Shown: one piece after another, positions 1 to 13,899 of the stretch
How positions within the stretch are numbered: position 1 is the stretch's first letter
How the letters are laid out: every line of letters starts with the position of its first letter
From: Octopus vulgaris
Taxonomy: Eukaryota
Length of the DNA stretch: 64,000 nucleotides
Reading direction: 5' to 3'
NCBI GenBank assembly: GCA_951406725.2
Contig: OX597815.1
Location: forward strand, 127,162,001 to 127,226,000
Notes under the pieces: model-generated
The model's database searches: none
What the model was told of the DNA's origin: nothing
The model's input: only the letters and a program-made list of their open reading frames with translations
Made by a program: the position numbers and the translations under genes

Positions 1-560
1 CTAATGGAAAGAGAGTCTTATCTGTGTTCTTGCTAGCAACACCTTTGGTCTTAACTAGGTTAACTTTAAGGCTCCTTGATTCCAGGTTTTGCTTCTATAC
101 CAGGAATTTCTTCTCCAATTCTGCTACAGATTCTGCAATGAAGGTGAGGTCATCAGTGTACAGTAGTTCCCACAGGCATCCAGTTTTGAATTCCTCTGTT
201 ATGGCCTGGTGCACTATGATGAATAGGAGTGAACTAAGAACTGAGCCCTGGTGAACTCCTACCTGTACGCTAAATTCATCACTGTATTTATGCCCGACTC
301 TCACTTTACTGACAACATCTCCTTTACTCCTAACTTCCTCAGAAACCACCATTTAACAGAGCAGGGAACTCTGTTGAAAGCTTTCTCCAGGTCAGTGAAG
401 GCTAAGTACAATGGCTTACTTTTGGCCAAGTATTTTCCTGCAGCTGTCTCACTAGGAAGATGGCATCTGTGGTACTCTTCCCAGGTACAAAACCAAACTG
501 TGTCTCATCTAGGTTAATTCTATTCCTAATCAACTGAGCTATAATTCCCTCTGTAACTAA
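1..560 (-). mobile_element. RTE-clade LINE fragment (RT region), degraded
   Basis: Minus ORF 95..352 has VGVHQGSVLS...WELLYTDD, matching the RTE copies at 31296-33760 and 60888-62985. Confidence 0.85.
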
Positions 561-1042
561 TTCAGATTGCTGTGAATAGTCCCACTATTCTTGTTTCTAC
601 TTCAGCTGCCAATAGACCCTTCAATTTTATTGTAACTAAATTGATAACAAAATAAATACATGTCTCTTCTATTATGTTATACTCATGCAACAAACTACAA
701 CACAGCTGTTTATTATACAATTCTAATTCAAACCTAACTATTGTATGTATCAGGAGTGTAATATTTATCAATTGCATCTAAATATTCAATGCACAATTTT
801 TAAAAATATACCTGCTCAAGTTGTTTTCATACAAACAACCAAAAACCGAAAGCGACACTATTTTAAACTCAATATCCGCACAAAAACGAATTTTCACACT
901 CAATTTTCTTATTTGAGAGGGCTCAGCACAATGCTATTTTTAAAAAATGGAAGATTAAAACACTAAAATATTTATAAATAATACAAAAGATATGATAGGA
1001 AGAAGAAGAATAAAATATGTGAGAAATGCAAAAATTCAGTAC

Positions 1043-1231
1043 CGTATCCTCGTCTTTTACAGTTATAATCTCATTTATTGTTACTGGATTATCCTTTGTA
1101 GTATTTTCATTGACCTTTGCAGTAAAAGATTTTTTATTGAACAAGGGATCATTGTCATTCACATCTTCTACAAATATTGTGATGTTTTTCGTGACACTAT
1201 CACCTTTTTGGTTATTTTTTATTTCATAAGC
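1043..1231 (-). CDS. Cadherin-related gene, coding exon 6 of 6 seen (AYEIKNNQ...VEDVNDNDPLF...VKDEDT)
   Basis: AG acceptor at 1233-1232, GT donor at 1042-1041, 189 bp, phase 0/0; DxNDNxP and DxD calcium-binding motifs. Confidence 0.9.
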
Positions 1232-1432
1232 CTATAAAATACAAGAGAAAATATTGGTCAATGATTTTAAGCCTAAGTCTAAATAAAGATGAAATAACTT
1301 ATTTTTTAAATATTTTCATAATGCACTCAACAGCATTTTTTGTGAGTTTTTACTTTCGTTTTTCTTTGTTCTTTTTCTTTACAATGATATTATTGAAGAT
1401 TCCATACAATATTCCTTTGAATTTAGATATCT

Positions 1433-1549
1433 TTGGTCAGCTTGAGGCTCTAATAGAAGACACGTGCCCAAGGTGCCATGCAGTGGGACTGAACCCGGAG
1501 CCATGTGGTTGGTAAGCAAGCTACTTACCACACAGCCACTCCTGCACCT
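1433..1549 (-). mobile_element. tRNA-derived SINE, 5' part
   Basis: Reverse complement of the SINE head at 34279 (GGCTGTGTGGTAAG...GTTCAGTCCC box A/B). Confidence 0.75.
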
Positions 1550-2060
1550 ATCTGTTGGATTACATTGATTTCTTTTCGCATGATCGTAAGATTTTGCAGA
1601 GGATATAGATCATTAGATTGACCCCAGTACTTGACTGGTACCTATTTTTCTACTCTGAAAGAGTGAAATGCAAAGTTGTTGACTCTGGCAGAATTTGAAC
1701 TCAGAAACTGCAAAGTTGTAACCAAATAGAGCAGAGCATCTTGTCCAATGTTTGAATGATTCTCTCTATCTATTGACTATTTGTCCATTAATACTAATAT
1801 CTAGATGCTTCTGTTTTTATGTTCTGAGTTCAAATTCCACTTAAGTTGACTTTGTCTTTCATCTTTTCAGGGTCAATAAAATAAGTACCAGTTGAGTACT
1901 GGGGATGATGTAAATGCCTTAGCCCCTTTCCCTGAAATTGCTGGCTTTGTGCCAAAATTTGAAACCAATATTAATATCTAGGTAGCTAAAATCAACAAAG
2001 AGTTAATTTATTGCTTCATCCTGTAAAAAACAATGAAGAATAGTATATAAATGAAAATAC

Positions 2061-2182
2061 CTTTATTTCAACAGTACAGACGCCATTCAGTTTATCAATT
2101 ACAGGATCTTCTCGGTCAAGATTATCAGATTCAATTCTGATTTCACCACTGTTATTGGAAATAGAAAAGGCTGAACAAGAAT
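2061..2182 (-). CDS. Cadherin-related gene, coding exon 5 (DSCSAFSISNNSGEIRIESDNLDREDP...VEIK)
   Basis: AG acceptor at 2184-2183, GT donor at 2060-2059, 122 bp, phase 1/0, which matches the phase-1 end of exon 11375-11453; LDRE motif. Confidence 0.9.
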
Positions 2183-2420
2183 CTGAAAAATAAAACAAAA
2201 GTTTGAAAGAAGAGTTTTCTTTTCTTTTTTTATTAATGCTTCAGATAGGATTCAGTTAAAAATCATCTATAATTAAATTATGCCTGACAGCAGAGCCTAC
2301 CCTATACTTGTTCATGGTATTTTTTTAACAGGTGTGTAGATTGAGTCTAAGTTAAAAGTTTATTTTTTTCTGTTAAGGTGTAAAGCAATGCTGATGATAG
2401 GATATATGATCACTGGATAT

Positions 2421-2590
2421 ATATATATATAATATAAATTAGAGATAAAACCATTATTATGCAACTCAAACAGTGATAGACATAAAAAAAATTATTATAT
2501 ATATTACTTGTTATTTATGTATTGGTTTATGTCTATCACTGTTTGAGTTGCATAATAGTGATTCTATCACTGATTTATATTTTATATATT
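2421..2590. repeat. Short inverted repeat (core arms about 2456-2486 and 2526-2556)
   Basis: ATTATGCAACTCAAACAGTGATAGACATAAA and its reverse complement; related sequence at about 7598-7640. Confidence 0.7.
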
Positions 2591-2683
2591 TATATTGTGA
2601 AATTTGATTTAATACTAAATTGAATTTTACCCTGTAAGTTTGGAGTTATACTCCCTAATATTATTATTATTATTATTATTATT

Positions 2684-5271
2684 CAGTAGTTTTATTTTTA
2701 TAGCGTGCTTTCACTTCACTACCAAGCACAGTTCTGTGTGCCTTGGGTATGTGTTGTGATTTGTTGTGATGCTCTGATGGTTATTGTATGGAAAGTGTTC
2801 TGTGTAAGATGTGTGCAGTACCTAGTAGTGCAATTTTCTGTATGTTATATGTGTTTGTAAGTCCTGGTGTTTTTGTTATGTATTTGTCTAAATATTTTTT
2901 TATCATGCCTAATGCACCTACTATGATAGGAATTGTTTCTGTTTTCAGATTCCACATTCTAGTTACCTCTATTTCCAGGTGTTTGTATTTTGAGAGTTTC
3001 TCCATTTCTTTTAGAGACACGTTGTCATCTGCCGGTATTAATACATCAATTAGAAAGCATTTTTTTCTTCATGATCTCTGACAACTATATCTGGTCTGTT
3101 GGCCTTAATTTCTCTATCTGTGTGTATCGGCATATCCCAGAGTATGGTTGCTTTCTCATTTTCTGTGACCTTTTCTGGTGTGTGCCTATACCATCTTTTT
3201 TCTGTTGTTATTCCATAATGTTGGCATAGCTTCCAATGTATGTAGGTTCCAACTCTGTCATGTCTGTGAATATATTCCTTCTTAGCCAGGACTGGGCAGC
3301 TAGAGATAATATGATTTATTGTTTCTTGTCCATCTCCACATATTCTGCAGTTACTTGTAATATTTCTTTTCATTACATGTTTTTGGTAATTTCTGGTGGG
3401 GAGGCTTTGGTCTTGTGCTGCAATTAAAAATCCTTCTGTTTCTGCTTTGAGTCCTGAGCTTCTTAACCATTGCTGGGATTTTTCTTTGTCTATTTCTTTT
3501 GCGTTTAGTTTAGTCCAGTATTTACCATGAAGGGGCTTTTCTTGCCATCGTTTTAACATGGTACGTTGCTGTTCTATTTTTAGTTTGGATTTCATTTGTT
3601 TCATAGCTTTTGTTGCTTCTTCAGCTTCTTCTTCTTCTTCTTCTTCTTCATGTTTATTAGGTGGTATGATTTCTTGTTTGCATTTGTCAGCTTCCTTAAA
3701 TACTGAGAACAGTTTTTTGTTTTGCTCGTGTTTTGCCGCTATTTGTATCAGTTTTCCTTCCTTCTGAAGTAGATATTTTTGCAGTCCTATGGTGGTTATT
3801 TTATAGTAGTTTTCCAGCTGTATAAGGCCTCTACCACCTTCTATACGTTGTATATATATTCTTTCTATGTCAGATTTTGGGTGATGCATTCTAGATCCTG
3901 TCATTATTTTTCTTGTTTTCCTATCTATTTTGGTCAGTTCATTTCGTGTCCAGTTAAGGATATTGTAGCTGTAACTTATAACTGGGACAGCTAAAGTGTT
4001 GATACCTATTATCTTGTTTTTAGTATTGAGCACTGTTTTTAGTATTGATCTAACTCGTCTATAATATTCTTTTTTTATTTTCTCTTTCATTTGTGTGTGT
4101 TGTGTCTTATCTAGTTCATGGATTCCTAAGTATTTGTAAGTTTGGCTTTGGTCTAATTCTTTTATTTCATTGGTTTTATCTAGTGTGATGTTGCTACTCT
4201 TAACTAGTTTTCCTCTTTTCATGGTTACTTTGGCGCATTTTTTAATCCAAATTTCATATCTATTTCTTTGGTAAATCCATGAACTGTCTTTAATAGTGTT
4301 TCCAGCTGTTTGTCATTTGCAGCGTATAGTTTTAGGTCATCCATATATAAAAGGTGGCTGATCATTTTGCCATAACATTTGTATCCGCATCCAGTTCTAT
4401 TTAGCATATCAGATAGAGGTGACAGTGCCAAGCAGAAAAGGAGTGGAGAGAGCGTGTGTCCCTGGAATATTCCTCTTCTAATGGGGATGTCTTTGGTTTT
4501 CATGAGTCCCTCTTTTGTTTGGAGGTGTAGGACTGTTTGCCATTTATTCATAGAGTGCTCTATGAATTTTATGATTGTTGGTGCTACTTTGTTAATAGCT
4601 AGTGTTTCGAGGATCCATGTGTGGGGGATGCTATCAAACGCCTTTTTGTAGTCAATCCAGGCCATACTGAGGCCTTTCTTCTTTCTGTGGCTGTCTTCAG
4701 TTATGGCTTTATTAATCATTAGTTGATCTTTACAGCCATATGAGCCTTTGCGGCATCCTTTCTGCTCTTCTGGGAACAGTTTGTTTTCGTCCAGGTGCTT
4801 GTTCAACCTTTGCGATATCACTGCAGTAAATGCTTTGAACATAGTAGGGAGTCAGGTTATTGGTCTGTAGTTTTCTGGTGTTGCTGTCTCATTTGATTTG
4901 GGAATTAAGATGGTTTTCCCCTTCGTGAGCCATTCAGGCATTGTCTCTGGCTCTGCTAGTATGCTGTTAAAGTTTTCAGCCAGCTTTTTGTGCATTCCTC
5001 TTAGATATTTCAACCAGAAGTTGGGGATCTTGTCATGCCCAGGTGCCTTCCAGTTGCTTAGTCTTTGCAGTGCCTGGGTGACCTCTTCAGTTGTTATGGG
5101 GGTCCAAAGTTGTTCAGATGCAGAGTTTGTTATTTTGATACTCCTTTTATTTGGTTGTTCGTTCGCCGACCATGTTTCTCTCCAGAATTCTTCCAATTCT
5201 TCTGCCGTTGGTGCTGCAGTGACTTCTATTTTATTTTTGCCAAGTTCTTGGTAGAACTTTTTGGGGTTGGA
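2684..5271 (-). mobile_element. R4/Dong-clade LINE (RT plus restriction-like endonuclease), 5'-truncated, frameshifted
   Basis: ORFs 4852..5346, 4225..4842 (YMDD), 3050..4222 (CRIC..H..C zinc motif, RHD, RPDIV) and 2781..3020; (TTA)n on both sides, the known Dong-type microsatellite target. Confidence 0.92.
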
Positions 5272-5342
<71 letters not shown>

Positions 5343-5359
5343 TCATATATATATTGTAT

Positions 5360-5945
5360 ATTAGGAATTAGTTGCAGTGTACAAGAGAGAAGACTGCACT
5401 GGTTTGGTCATCTGATGTGGATGGATGCCATCAGTTCCATAAAGAAGTGTCAATCTCTCAAAGTAGACAGAACACGTGGAAGTGGGAGACCCAGGAAGAC
5501 ATGGAACAAAGTACTGAAGAACGACCTCAGGATGCTGAAACTTTCATGTAAGATGACAAAAGACCGAGATGCCTGGCACCTTGCTGTGCTTAAGAATACC
5601 CATGCCCTGCTGCAGAAGTGTTAAGACCAGCACCCCTGGTGGTGAGGATCGACCTGCAAGAGTTCTGTACTAGTGCCACATAAAAAGCTGTCATGACAGT
5701 ACTACATAAATGTGCCCTTGTGGCACCAGATAATAGTGTCTGTGTGACACCATGTAAAATCGCCCATGTGGTGCCATGTAAAAGCACCCGGTACACTCTG
5801 CAAAGTGGTTGACAATAGGAAAGGCATCCAGCTATAGAAACCATACCAAATTAAACTGGAGTATGGTTCAGCTCCCCAGCTTGCCAGTTCAAACCGTCCA
5901 AACTATGCCAGCATAGATAATGGATATTAAATGATGATGACAATG
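5360..5945 (+). mobile_element. RTE LINE 3' end
   Basis: RGSGRPRKTW C-terminus, RTE 3' UTR and (GAT)n tail. Confidence 0.75.
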
Positions 5946-5967
5946 GTAATATATGTATATGTATATG

Positions 5968-6031
<64 letters not shown>

Positions 6032-6034
<3 letters not shown>

Positions 6035-7026
6035 GCTTAAGGTGACCCACTCTATGCGGGGGTAAGAGTGTGGTTCTTACTTTCTGCTGCTTCCTTTTTG
6101 TTTTTTATCACCTCATTCTCCCTCTTTGTTTCTCTCTCACTTTCTCACTCTCTTACTCTTCCTTTCTCTTGGACACTCCCTCGCTTTCTCTTACTCTCTA
6201 TCTTTCTCTGTCTCTCTCTCTCCCATTTATAAACAACAAAAGATCTTGAGTAAGTTGAGAAAGAAAATATTTTGAAAGATCAATCGTAAATATCAGGCAG
6301 TGACAATAGAAAGATCTGCTTCAAGGCAAACAGCAAAACACTAACATTTAAAAAGGACAGACAAACTTGCGAGCTGAATAAAAGTAAAAAAAATATTGTA
6401 AACCAAAATTTGAAGGGATAGAATCTGAGGATAGTAGAGTCACCATGGCTGGCATTTCTTAATGACGACAGCAATGTAGTGGCAGTTTAATGGCTGGCAT
6501 AAAATTTTGAACTTGATGTAAAAGAAAATTCCTAAACACCAAGTTTTGAACTGATTCTTTCTCACGACAGTAGACTCACCGTGGCAAGCATTCAAAACTT
6601 CTTCATCATGGATGGCAACACATTGACGATTAAAAGGCTGGCGCAAATTTTTTAGCTTGATGTAACAGAGAATTCCTAAGCACCTGCTCATGTAAATTTT
6701 AATCCCCTTCCAGCCCCATTTAGACCCCTTTTCACATTTTGGTTAATATAACCCAATTTCATTCGGGTCTACTTGGGCCACATTTTATAAGATGAGGAAT
6801 TTTGTCCTAGAGGTCACACCTTTTATTTGAGGAAAAAAATAGTTGCCATGCAAACTTGCCAGCACTTTTAATATAGGTGAGCATATTTTCACGTCAACCA
6901 ACCACATAATGCACACATTATATATATATATATATATATACGCATTAAATTTATATATGTATATATATACGCATTATATATATGTGTGTGTGTGTGTACG
7001 CTATATATATACAAATGTATACAAAT

Positions 7027-7058
<32 letters not shown>

Positions 7059-7600
7059 TATATATAAATATAGATATATACACTTTGTATATATACATTA
7101 TATATACATATTTATATATAGAATACACACACATATATAAATTAACCCAATAAATATCTGATTCATAATATTTGTTTTCATGATTGTGTAGTGGTGGTGG
7201 TGATAATAATTCTCTCTATGAAAGCAGACAGACCTAGAGTGAGAGAGAGAGAGAGAGGATGTGGGAGAAAGAGTGAAGGCGGCGGGGGAAAGATAGTAGA
7301 TGCTGTCAAACGACGTTATAGAGAGAAAGTGAAAGGAATGGAGGAAAGAGAGAGAGACAGAGGAAGACAGGCAGATCAGAGAATGAGAGATGACTTGTGA
7401 AAGTGTGCATTTTTTTTTTGCCCTAGTAACCACACCTTTAAGATAGGGATTTTTAACCTAGCCCACTCACATCCTCACCTCATTTTACATGTCCCTGTAA
7501 ATTTTGGAGTCAATCCGACGAAATCTAGTGCCCTTTAACCCGTTCCAATGCCAAAACCAGACAAACAAACTTTTCGCATTTCAGAATTATAATATAGAGA
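6032..7600 (-). mobile_element. Non-autonomous Helitron-like element
   Basis: On the minus strand it begins A|TCTCTATATTATAA (7601-7600) and ends with an imperfect hairpin plus CTAG|T (6035-6031) beside (AT)n; internal direct repeat at about 6440-6690. Confidence 0.6.
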
Positions 7601-8378
7601 TAAAACCACTATTAAGTAAATCAAACAGTGAAAAACATAAACTAAAACATAATAAAAATAATTAATATAATATACAAAATATATAAAATATAAAATTTAA
7701 AAATTTAAATTATTTAAATTTAAATTTAAAATTAAAATTATTAATTTATATTTATAATTTTTTTTTCTAAATATATATAACAATCAAAAAGTATTAAAAA
7801 GTTTAATATAAGTATATATAAATTTTGACTAATGGGTATGTGTTGATTAGTGTGGTAATTTGTTGAGTAGTGCACTGGCACAGTTTCCTAACCAGACAGG
7901 CATATTACAACATGACAGCCAAAACATGGGATCTTTAGTGAGACACATCTTTATGTGTAGATGTATCTGATGAGACCCAGACAGCAAAACTGATGCAATG
8001 CAACATGTTGAAAGGAGTCCCACCCATAAAGGACAGTAGCAGAATGGGTCAAAATAACCATTGTACAAAATAAAGATTAATACCAAATTCATCTTCTCGT
8101 TACTAAAGCAATTATTATTATCATATATATATCGATGCTATTATGCAAAAGTGTTGTAAGTCCAAAATGTTGCTTTTCCAGAAAACCAATAATAGGTTCA
8201 CCATTCCATAGCAAAACTGTTGGACTATACTTTTACAATTTTTGATATCTTGGCATTTGAAGCAGCTGGAGATACAATTGTTTGACCAAAAGACCTGGCT
8301 ATAGCAAACAAAAATAAATATTGAATAAAACATATTTAGCCAAATTTGGACACATGACAGTTTAACATAATAGCAACA

Positions 8379-9277
8379 TTGGGTCATTCCATAAATAATG
8401 CAGTTTTTCAATTGCATGAGCTAAAAGTCACAGAGGGACAAGATAAACTACCTGCATCAACTTGTTATAAAAGCTGGTAGTAATTTTACCTTGTCCTTAT
8501 TCTTAGTGCAAGTTTTGAAGAGTGAATTTCGATTTTAACAGTTATCTTTTCAAAGCGATAATGGAAGTGACAAAGGAGCATATTTGGCATAGTTTGCTTT
8601 ATGAGTTCAATAAAGGCACAGTGCAACAGAAAATATGAGGAATATTAATGCATATATAGGGATCGGACAATATTCATAAGCCAGTGTCAACGGTGATGCC
8701 AGAAATTCTGGGCTAGGAACTACAGCCTAGAAGACGTGCTTCATTCTGGAAGATCTGTAGAGCTCAATGAGGACATCTGGGAAACCCTGGGGGAACTAAA
8801 TCCTATCGTAACAGTTGAGGAACGAACAGAAGAGCTTGGATTTAGTCATTCAACTAGTCGTTTAAGTCAGCACCAGAAGACAAGTGACCATCATTTGTTT
8901 CAAGACAAAAGGTGTTCTCCCATCAGGATAATGCTCAGATGACATTCCAAACGCTAGAGTAGTTTGAATGGGAAAAGATGTCCCACCCACCATATTCACC
9001 AGACACTGCATCATCTGATTATCATTTATTCAGCAGTCTTCAAAATCATTTGGACAGAAATAATATGAATTCTGTAGACAAGGTCAAAACAGTACTAGAG
9101 GAGTATTTTTCATCACAGACAAGTGAATTTTAGTAAAGGAGCATTGCAAATCTACTATATAGTTGGAAGAACATTATAGAAAATCAAGGAGAGTATATTT
9201 TAGATTAAAAAAGAACTTATCTTAATTTTGAAAATAAAAGAAGTATAAACAAACTATATTATCTATGGGATGAACCA

Positions 9278-9278
<1 letters not shown>
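8379..9278 (+). mobile_element. mariner DNA transposon, internally deleted and degraded
   Basis: TIR-like ends TTGGGTCATTCCATAAATAAT and ATTATCTATGGGATGAACCAA; HPPYSPD..SDYHLF transposase motif near 8985-9030. Confidence 0.85.
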
Positions 9279-9342
<64 letters not shown>

Positions 9343-9399
9343 AACATATAAAATATCTGAAGTGTACAATATTATATAACCACCATAGCCAATCTTGCC

Positions 9400-11270
9400 A
9401 ATCAGCTAAAGGTACAATTGAATGTTAGGTAACAATCCAATTATAAAACCCTATGCTCATCAGAGGTAGCCACTATAGGATGAAATATGGTGAATGCTCT
9501 CTATTGTTGGAGGTGAAAGGACACATTTGGTTGCTGTGAAAAGACTATGAAACAAACCAAGTAGGGGATTTAGTTAAAAGTATAGTCCATTGGTACTGAG
9601 ACATCATCACATGGCTGGTTATGCTGTAAGTCAGAAAGAGCCATAATGAAGTGTCTGTGGAAATTGTGTTCGTCTTTCAGGTTGGTGTTCTTGTGGGAGT
9701 GGGATATGTGTAGTGGTATAGTATGTATAACTTTTGTAGGGGGTCTAGGCATCCATTACTGTGTTTGCCAGTGCATTTTCTTTCTGTACTGGTTAAGGTC
9801 GTGGGGGCTTATGTGTGCATGCAGTGTATGTAGGGGTACAATTGATGGTGAGGCTTATATTGGAGTTGGTGGGAAATGGTCTGTTTGTTAGGTGTCTGCC
9901 ATGTTGGAGTGTGTGTGTTTGTATGTGGGTGAATTTGTGAATGTTCTGGTCAAATTCTTAGTTAGAGTATTGGTGGAAAGTCGAGGCTGGGGGACTGGTG
10001 ACAGTAGGCATAATGGGACAGACAGATATGATAGGATGTACTTCCTTTCATGTGGGCAAGGATTAGACACTTCGTTTCTGTTATTCAGGGAAAAGCCTGG
10101 GTGTTGGGTGCTCTTTAAAATCCCTCTTTTCTCAGCCAGACATAAACTGCACTTCTTGCTGCTATTAAAGTATGGTTTACATTTCTCTTAGATCTATACT
10201 ATATTTGGAGGCATTTTCTTTCAAACACCAAATGTGCTTGGCCAGGGTTGGGATGGTATGTCTCCGGGATGTTGAAAGAGGACTTATGATTGCAAAAGAG
10301 GGTTCTGAAGGGGCCTTTGGTTGCTCCTACATATTTTCAAATGTCTGGTTGCTCATTAGGTCCTTTGACTGTTACTTCTGCCTCATATATGACAGTCTCC
10401 GTGTTGCAGCAGCCATGCAGTGGCCATGTTGTGTTATACCTCTATGAGCATCCTGCCTGTCTTGGGTGTGGGCCTATTTTATAAAATCGTTTTTACACTA
10501 GGTGCACAGCTAGAGAAAATTCTTAGGGTATGCCTATTGAATATTTTGCTGAATCTACTTGTATGGGGGAAGTCTTTATCAACTAAGCCAAGAAAAATCT
10601 TACCTACTCAGGTTTTAACCTTTAAAGAGAAGGATTATTTGAGCCACAACACTTTCCACTGGCGCTTTCTCTTGGTGGGACTAAGTTCTGGCATGTAACT
10701 AATCCTATCCTTGAAACCACTGGCAGCCAGAACTTCACTGTAGTATCGGGTGGCAGCATAAAAAATCTCTTTCTTTGAAGATAGACTAGATATTCTTCTG
10801 CTGATGTCCTTTACCAGTTTCTTGAAAATGATGGCTGGATGACAAGAACCTGTGTTAATGTCTGATAGCTTCTTGTAAATTCCTAGAAGTCTCCCAGATG
10901 TATGTTGTATTCCAGTTCTTACAATCCCCCTCCATGCACTTTATGATGCAAACCACATTCTTTGGTCTTACAGTTAATACTGGGGCTAAAGATAAATACC
11001 ACGCAGGTCATGCTGCAGCAAGTGGTCTTGTCAAAGGACCTGATTTCTCAACAAGCTCAATATTAAGTTTGGTGTTCCTCAGAGCCTTCCTAAACCTCCT
11101 GACTAACTCCCTACATAGTATAGTCTCTACAAACATCATCCCTTGAAATGTATCTGTCTTGCACCACGTCTTCGTTCTGTTTCCTTTATCATAAATTCTC
11201 CATATTCTGTTACATTGTTTGTCCTGGTATCTAAGGCAGGTTTCACTGGCATCCTTACTTATATGATACA
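9400..11270 (-). mobile_element. Penelope-like element remnant (RT C-terminus plus GIY-YIG endonuclease)
   Basis: Minus translation near 10050-10400 gives TVIYEAEV...YVGAT..PF...NHKSSF, KCSLCLAEK and LNNRNE..PCPH; many stops; boundaries approximate. Confidence 0.65.
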
Positions 11271-11374
11271 TTTAGTATATATGTACATATATACTAAATT
11301 CTTTGAATGAATCAAGCACAATATTGCATTTTGTTTTATTTCAAGATTTAGAGAATAAATCATGGAAATTATAC

Positions 11375-11453
11375 CATTAATAATTTCATAACCAATATCA
11401 TTCGGTATGTCTCTGTCTCGGCTTTCAGCTGTCACTTTAGTGATGAGAGTTCC
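11375..11453 (-). CDS. Cadherin-related gene, coding exon 4 (GTLITKVTAESRDRDIPNDIGYEIIN)
   Basis: AG acceptor at 11455-11454 with polypyrimidine tract, GT donor at 11374-11373, 79 bp, phase 0/1; not in the ORF track. Confidence 0.85.
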
Positions 11454-12329
11454 CTGTGAAATAAAAATAACTGAAGTGATTGAATAGCAAAAATAATTCC
11501 AAAATGTATTAAAAGGTTATAATAATGGTTTCCTTTGAGTTTTTGTGAAGGTGCAAAATGTTACTAAGCAAAAAATCAAAATTTCTTAAATTGATACTTT
11601 TCCCATTATCCAAGCCATAAGCAAACAAAAAAGATGACAAATTCAACCTTATCATTTGGCCTGAAAGAAATAACAACCTAATAACCTTCAAATTTCACTC
11701 TAACATCTTACAAAAAATGGAAAGAGACATTAGATAAACTAGTCCAAGGGCACGGTTATTACCAACTCAAATATACTTGGAGCACATTTGAACCAATAAG
11801 AAAGCTATTCATTCTGTTTTGTCATTGAGAAAATTTCTTGCTGTAGGCACTGCAAGATGAATTTGGTGTCTTTACGCTATTTGTCTACAGTGAGAAATTT
11901 TCTCCATCACAAAGTAGAGTGAAAGGCTTTTTTATGGGTTCGAATGTGTACCAAGTATATTTGAACTAGTAATAACTTTGTATTTATACATATCATTACC
12001 TAGTGCTACCACCCTGTAAACCAGTCCAAGATACACTACTTCTGAAGTTAAGATAGAATGGTCATGGCTTTGCTCATAGGTCTGTTGAACTGGGGATGAC
12101 TGGAGGCTAAACCAAAAAAGCATCATTAGCAATATATATGGGTTTCTTTTCAATAGAAATAAAGATCCTAGGCATTAAAAAGAGGGAAGAAAAGGATATT
12201 TTCATTGATGTAAGTTTCATTCAAATCAATGGTAATGTGCTTGTGTTTTCCTCCGCAAGTGCATAGAGAGAGAACATTTTGAAATATACCTGTACTTTGG
12301 GAAAATAAGTGATTAACCACTACGCCATA

Positions 12330-12410
12330 TGCCCGTGGGCATATTGCATAGTGGTTAAGAGCATGGGCCTTTAACCCCAAGATTCTGAGTTCGATTTCAG
12401 ACAGTGACTT
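12330..12410 (+). mobile_element. tRNA-like SINE head followed by a (GAA)n tract
   Basis: TAGTGGTTAAGAGC...GAGTTCGATTTC box A/B-like motifs. Confidence 0.5.
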
Positions 12411-12504
12411 GAAGAAGAAGAAGAAGAAGAAGAAGAAGAAGGAGGAGGGAGGCGGGGGAGAAGAAGAAGAAGAAGAAGAAGAAGAAGAAGATTAAAAAAT
12501 ACTT

Positions 12505-13285
12505 TAGGAATGAGAACAAGATGATGACAAATATCCATCAAATGTAAATATGTTATGTTTACATTTGACAGAAGTTTTGATGGGAATATTCCACAAGTAT
12601 TTCTTGAGTTGGTGTTTATGAATGTATTTCTTAGCAGAGGTATTTTCTAAGCTTATTTCAGGACAGTCTTTCTTGCTAATGGCATTGTAAATTGTTTTTG
12701 CAACATCATGTTGCATAGGGAGGTAGTTCTGTGATGACATTTTAAGACAGCTGCTAATCACATGCGAGATGTCTTCCACAGAAACATAACATAGCCTACA
12801 CATGCAGTTGCACCTGGGGATTACAAGAGCATCACTGTCTCTCTTGTTCATCAGGTAGTTTGTGGCAATCTCCTGTTCCTGGATTGCAAATGCATAGCCT
12901 TCAAAGTGATGTGATGTAGTGGTCTTGTGTCCAAGAGTGGCTGCACTTCATGTCAATTCTACTGTCTTCTTCATACCCATGCATGGTCTTTTTTTTCTAT
13001 ACTGAGTGCTTTCAACCCAGGTCTTCTCTGAGGTAAGAGAGCCCAGCTGTTTTGGGGCTGTATACGAGATCATCAGGGAGAGAGTGCTTCTTGAGCAGCT
13101 CACTGCCAATTCATACAATTTTGCTCACTTCACCTTTCAGCACCTCATTTATACATTTATTTTTGCTGCTGTTGTTCAACAGGTGGTACCTGAGTGAAAC
13201 CACACAGCATTCGAAGGCTGTCTGAACAGATCTCAGGCCTCTACCTTTATTTCTTCTTCCACTCTTTCTGTGGAAGTTCCTAGTT
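12505..13285 (-). mobile_element. R4/Dong-like LINE C-terminal remnant
   Basis: CRLC..EDISHVISSC zinc motif, GRGLRSV and AIQEQ-like motifs. Confidence 0.7.
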
Positions 13286-13899
13286 GTTTGTATGTATGTA
13301 TGTATGTATGTATGTATATGTATGTATGTATGTATGTACGTATGTATGTCAGATTGCTCTTGGGCATTACTGGTAACATGTAACACAGTACAACCTATTG
13401 CATGATTGGGTCATCAGCAACTAAATTGGCAAACCCATCAAGCTTGCTTGGTGAGGGAGGCAATTGTTGGACACCCTGCAGGAGAAAAAAGAAATGTGTA
13501 TGTATGCATGTATGTATATGTGGGAACAGGGAAATACCTGGGTTGGTGTCCAGGTACATGGTTGGCCCACTGGGAGGCCCCTCTGTTGTAACAGCATCTC
13601 TCTGGGAGAGGGAAACTCAGAGAAAACCTGTGACACTGATAATATTCTATGATGTAGACTAGTTCTTATTTTCGAGTTTATGTTGTCCATATTCAGAGAA
13701 TGGGATTGGATTTCTGAAAATCCTTTCCCCATTATAAAAATTATCCTGGACAGACATCACTTCAAAAAGTAAAACCTATCACAAAAATGACTGGTTGAAA
13801 CCTTAAAAGACAATTATTCAAATGCCAAGTAGAAATTGTACTGATGTAAATGGCAATAAGGGCTCTGGAACATGTGATGGGGTCTGCTCTGGCAGATGT

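Noticed and set aside
562-777. Possible next cadherin exon (minus ORF, 71 aa)
   Set aside because: The phase-0 reading after the candidate AG hits a stop at once, and there are no cadherin motifs
9400-9475. Hammerhead at the Penelope remnant end (minus CTGATGA)
   Set aside because: Stem II and GAAA are not recognisable; too degenerate to call
12330-12410. Functional tRNA gene
   Set aside because: Box A/B-like motifs only; no acceptor stem; consistent with a SINE head
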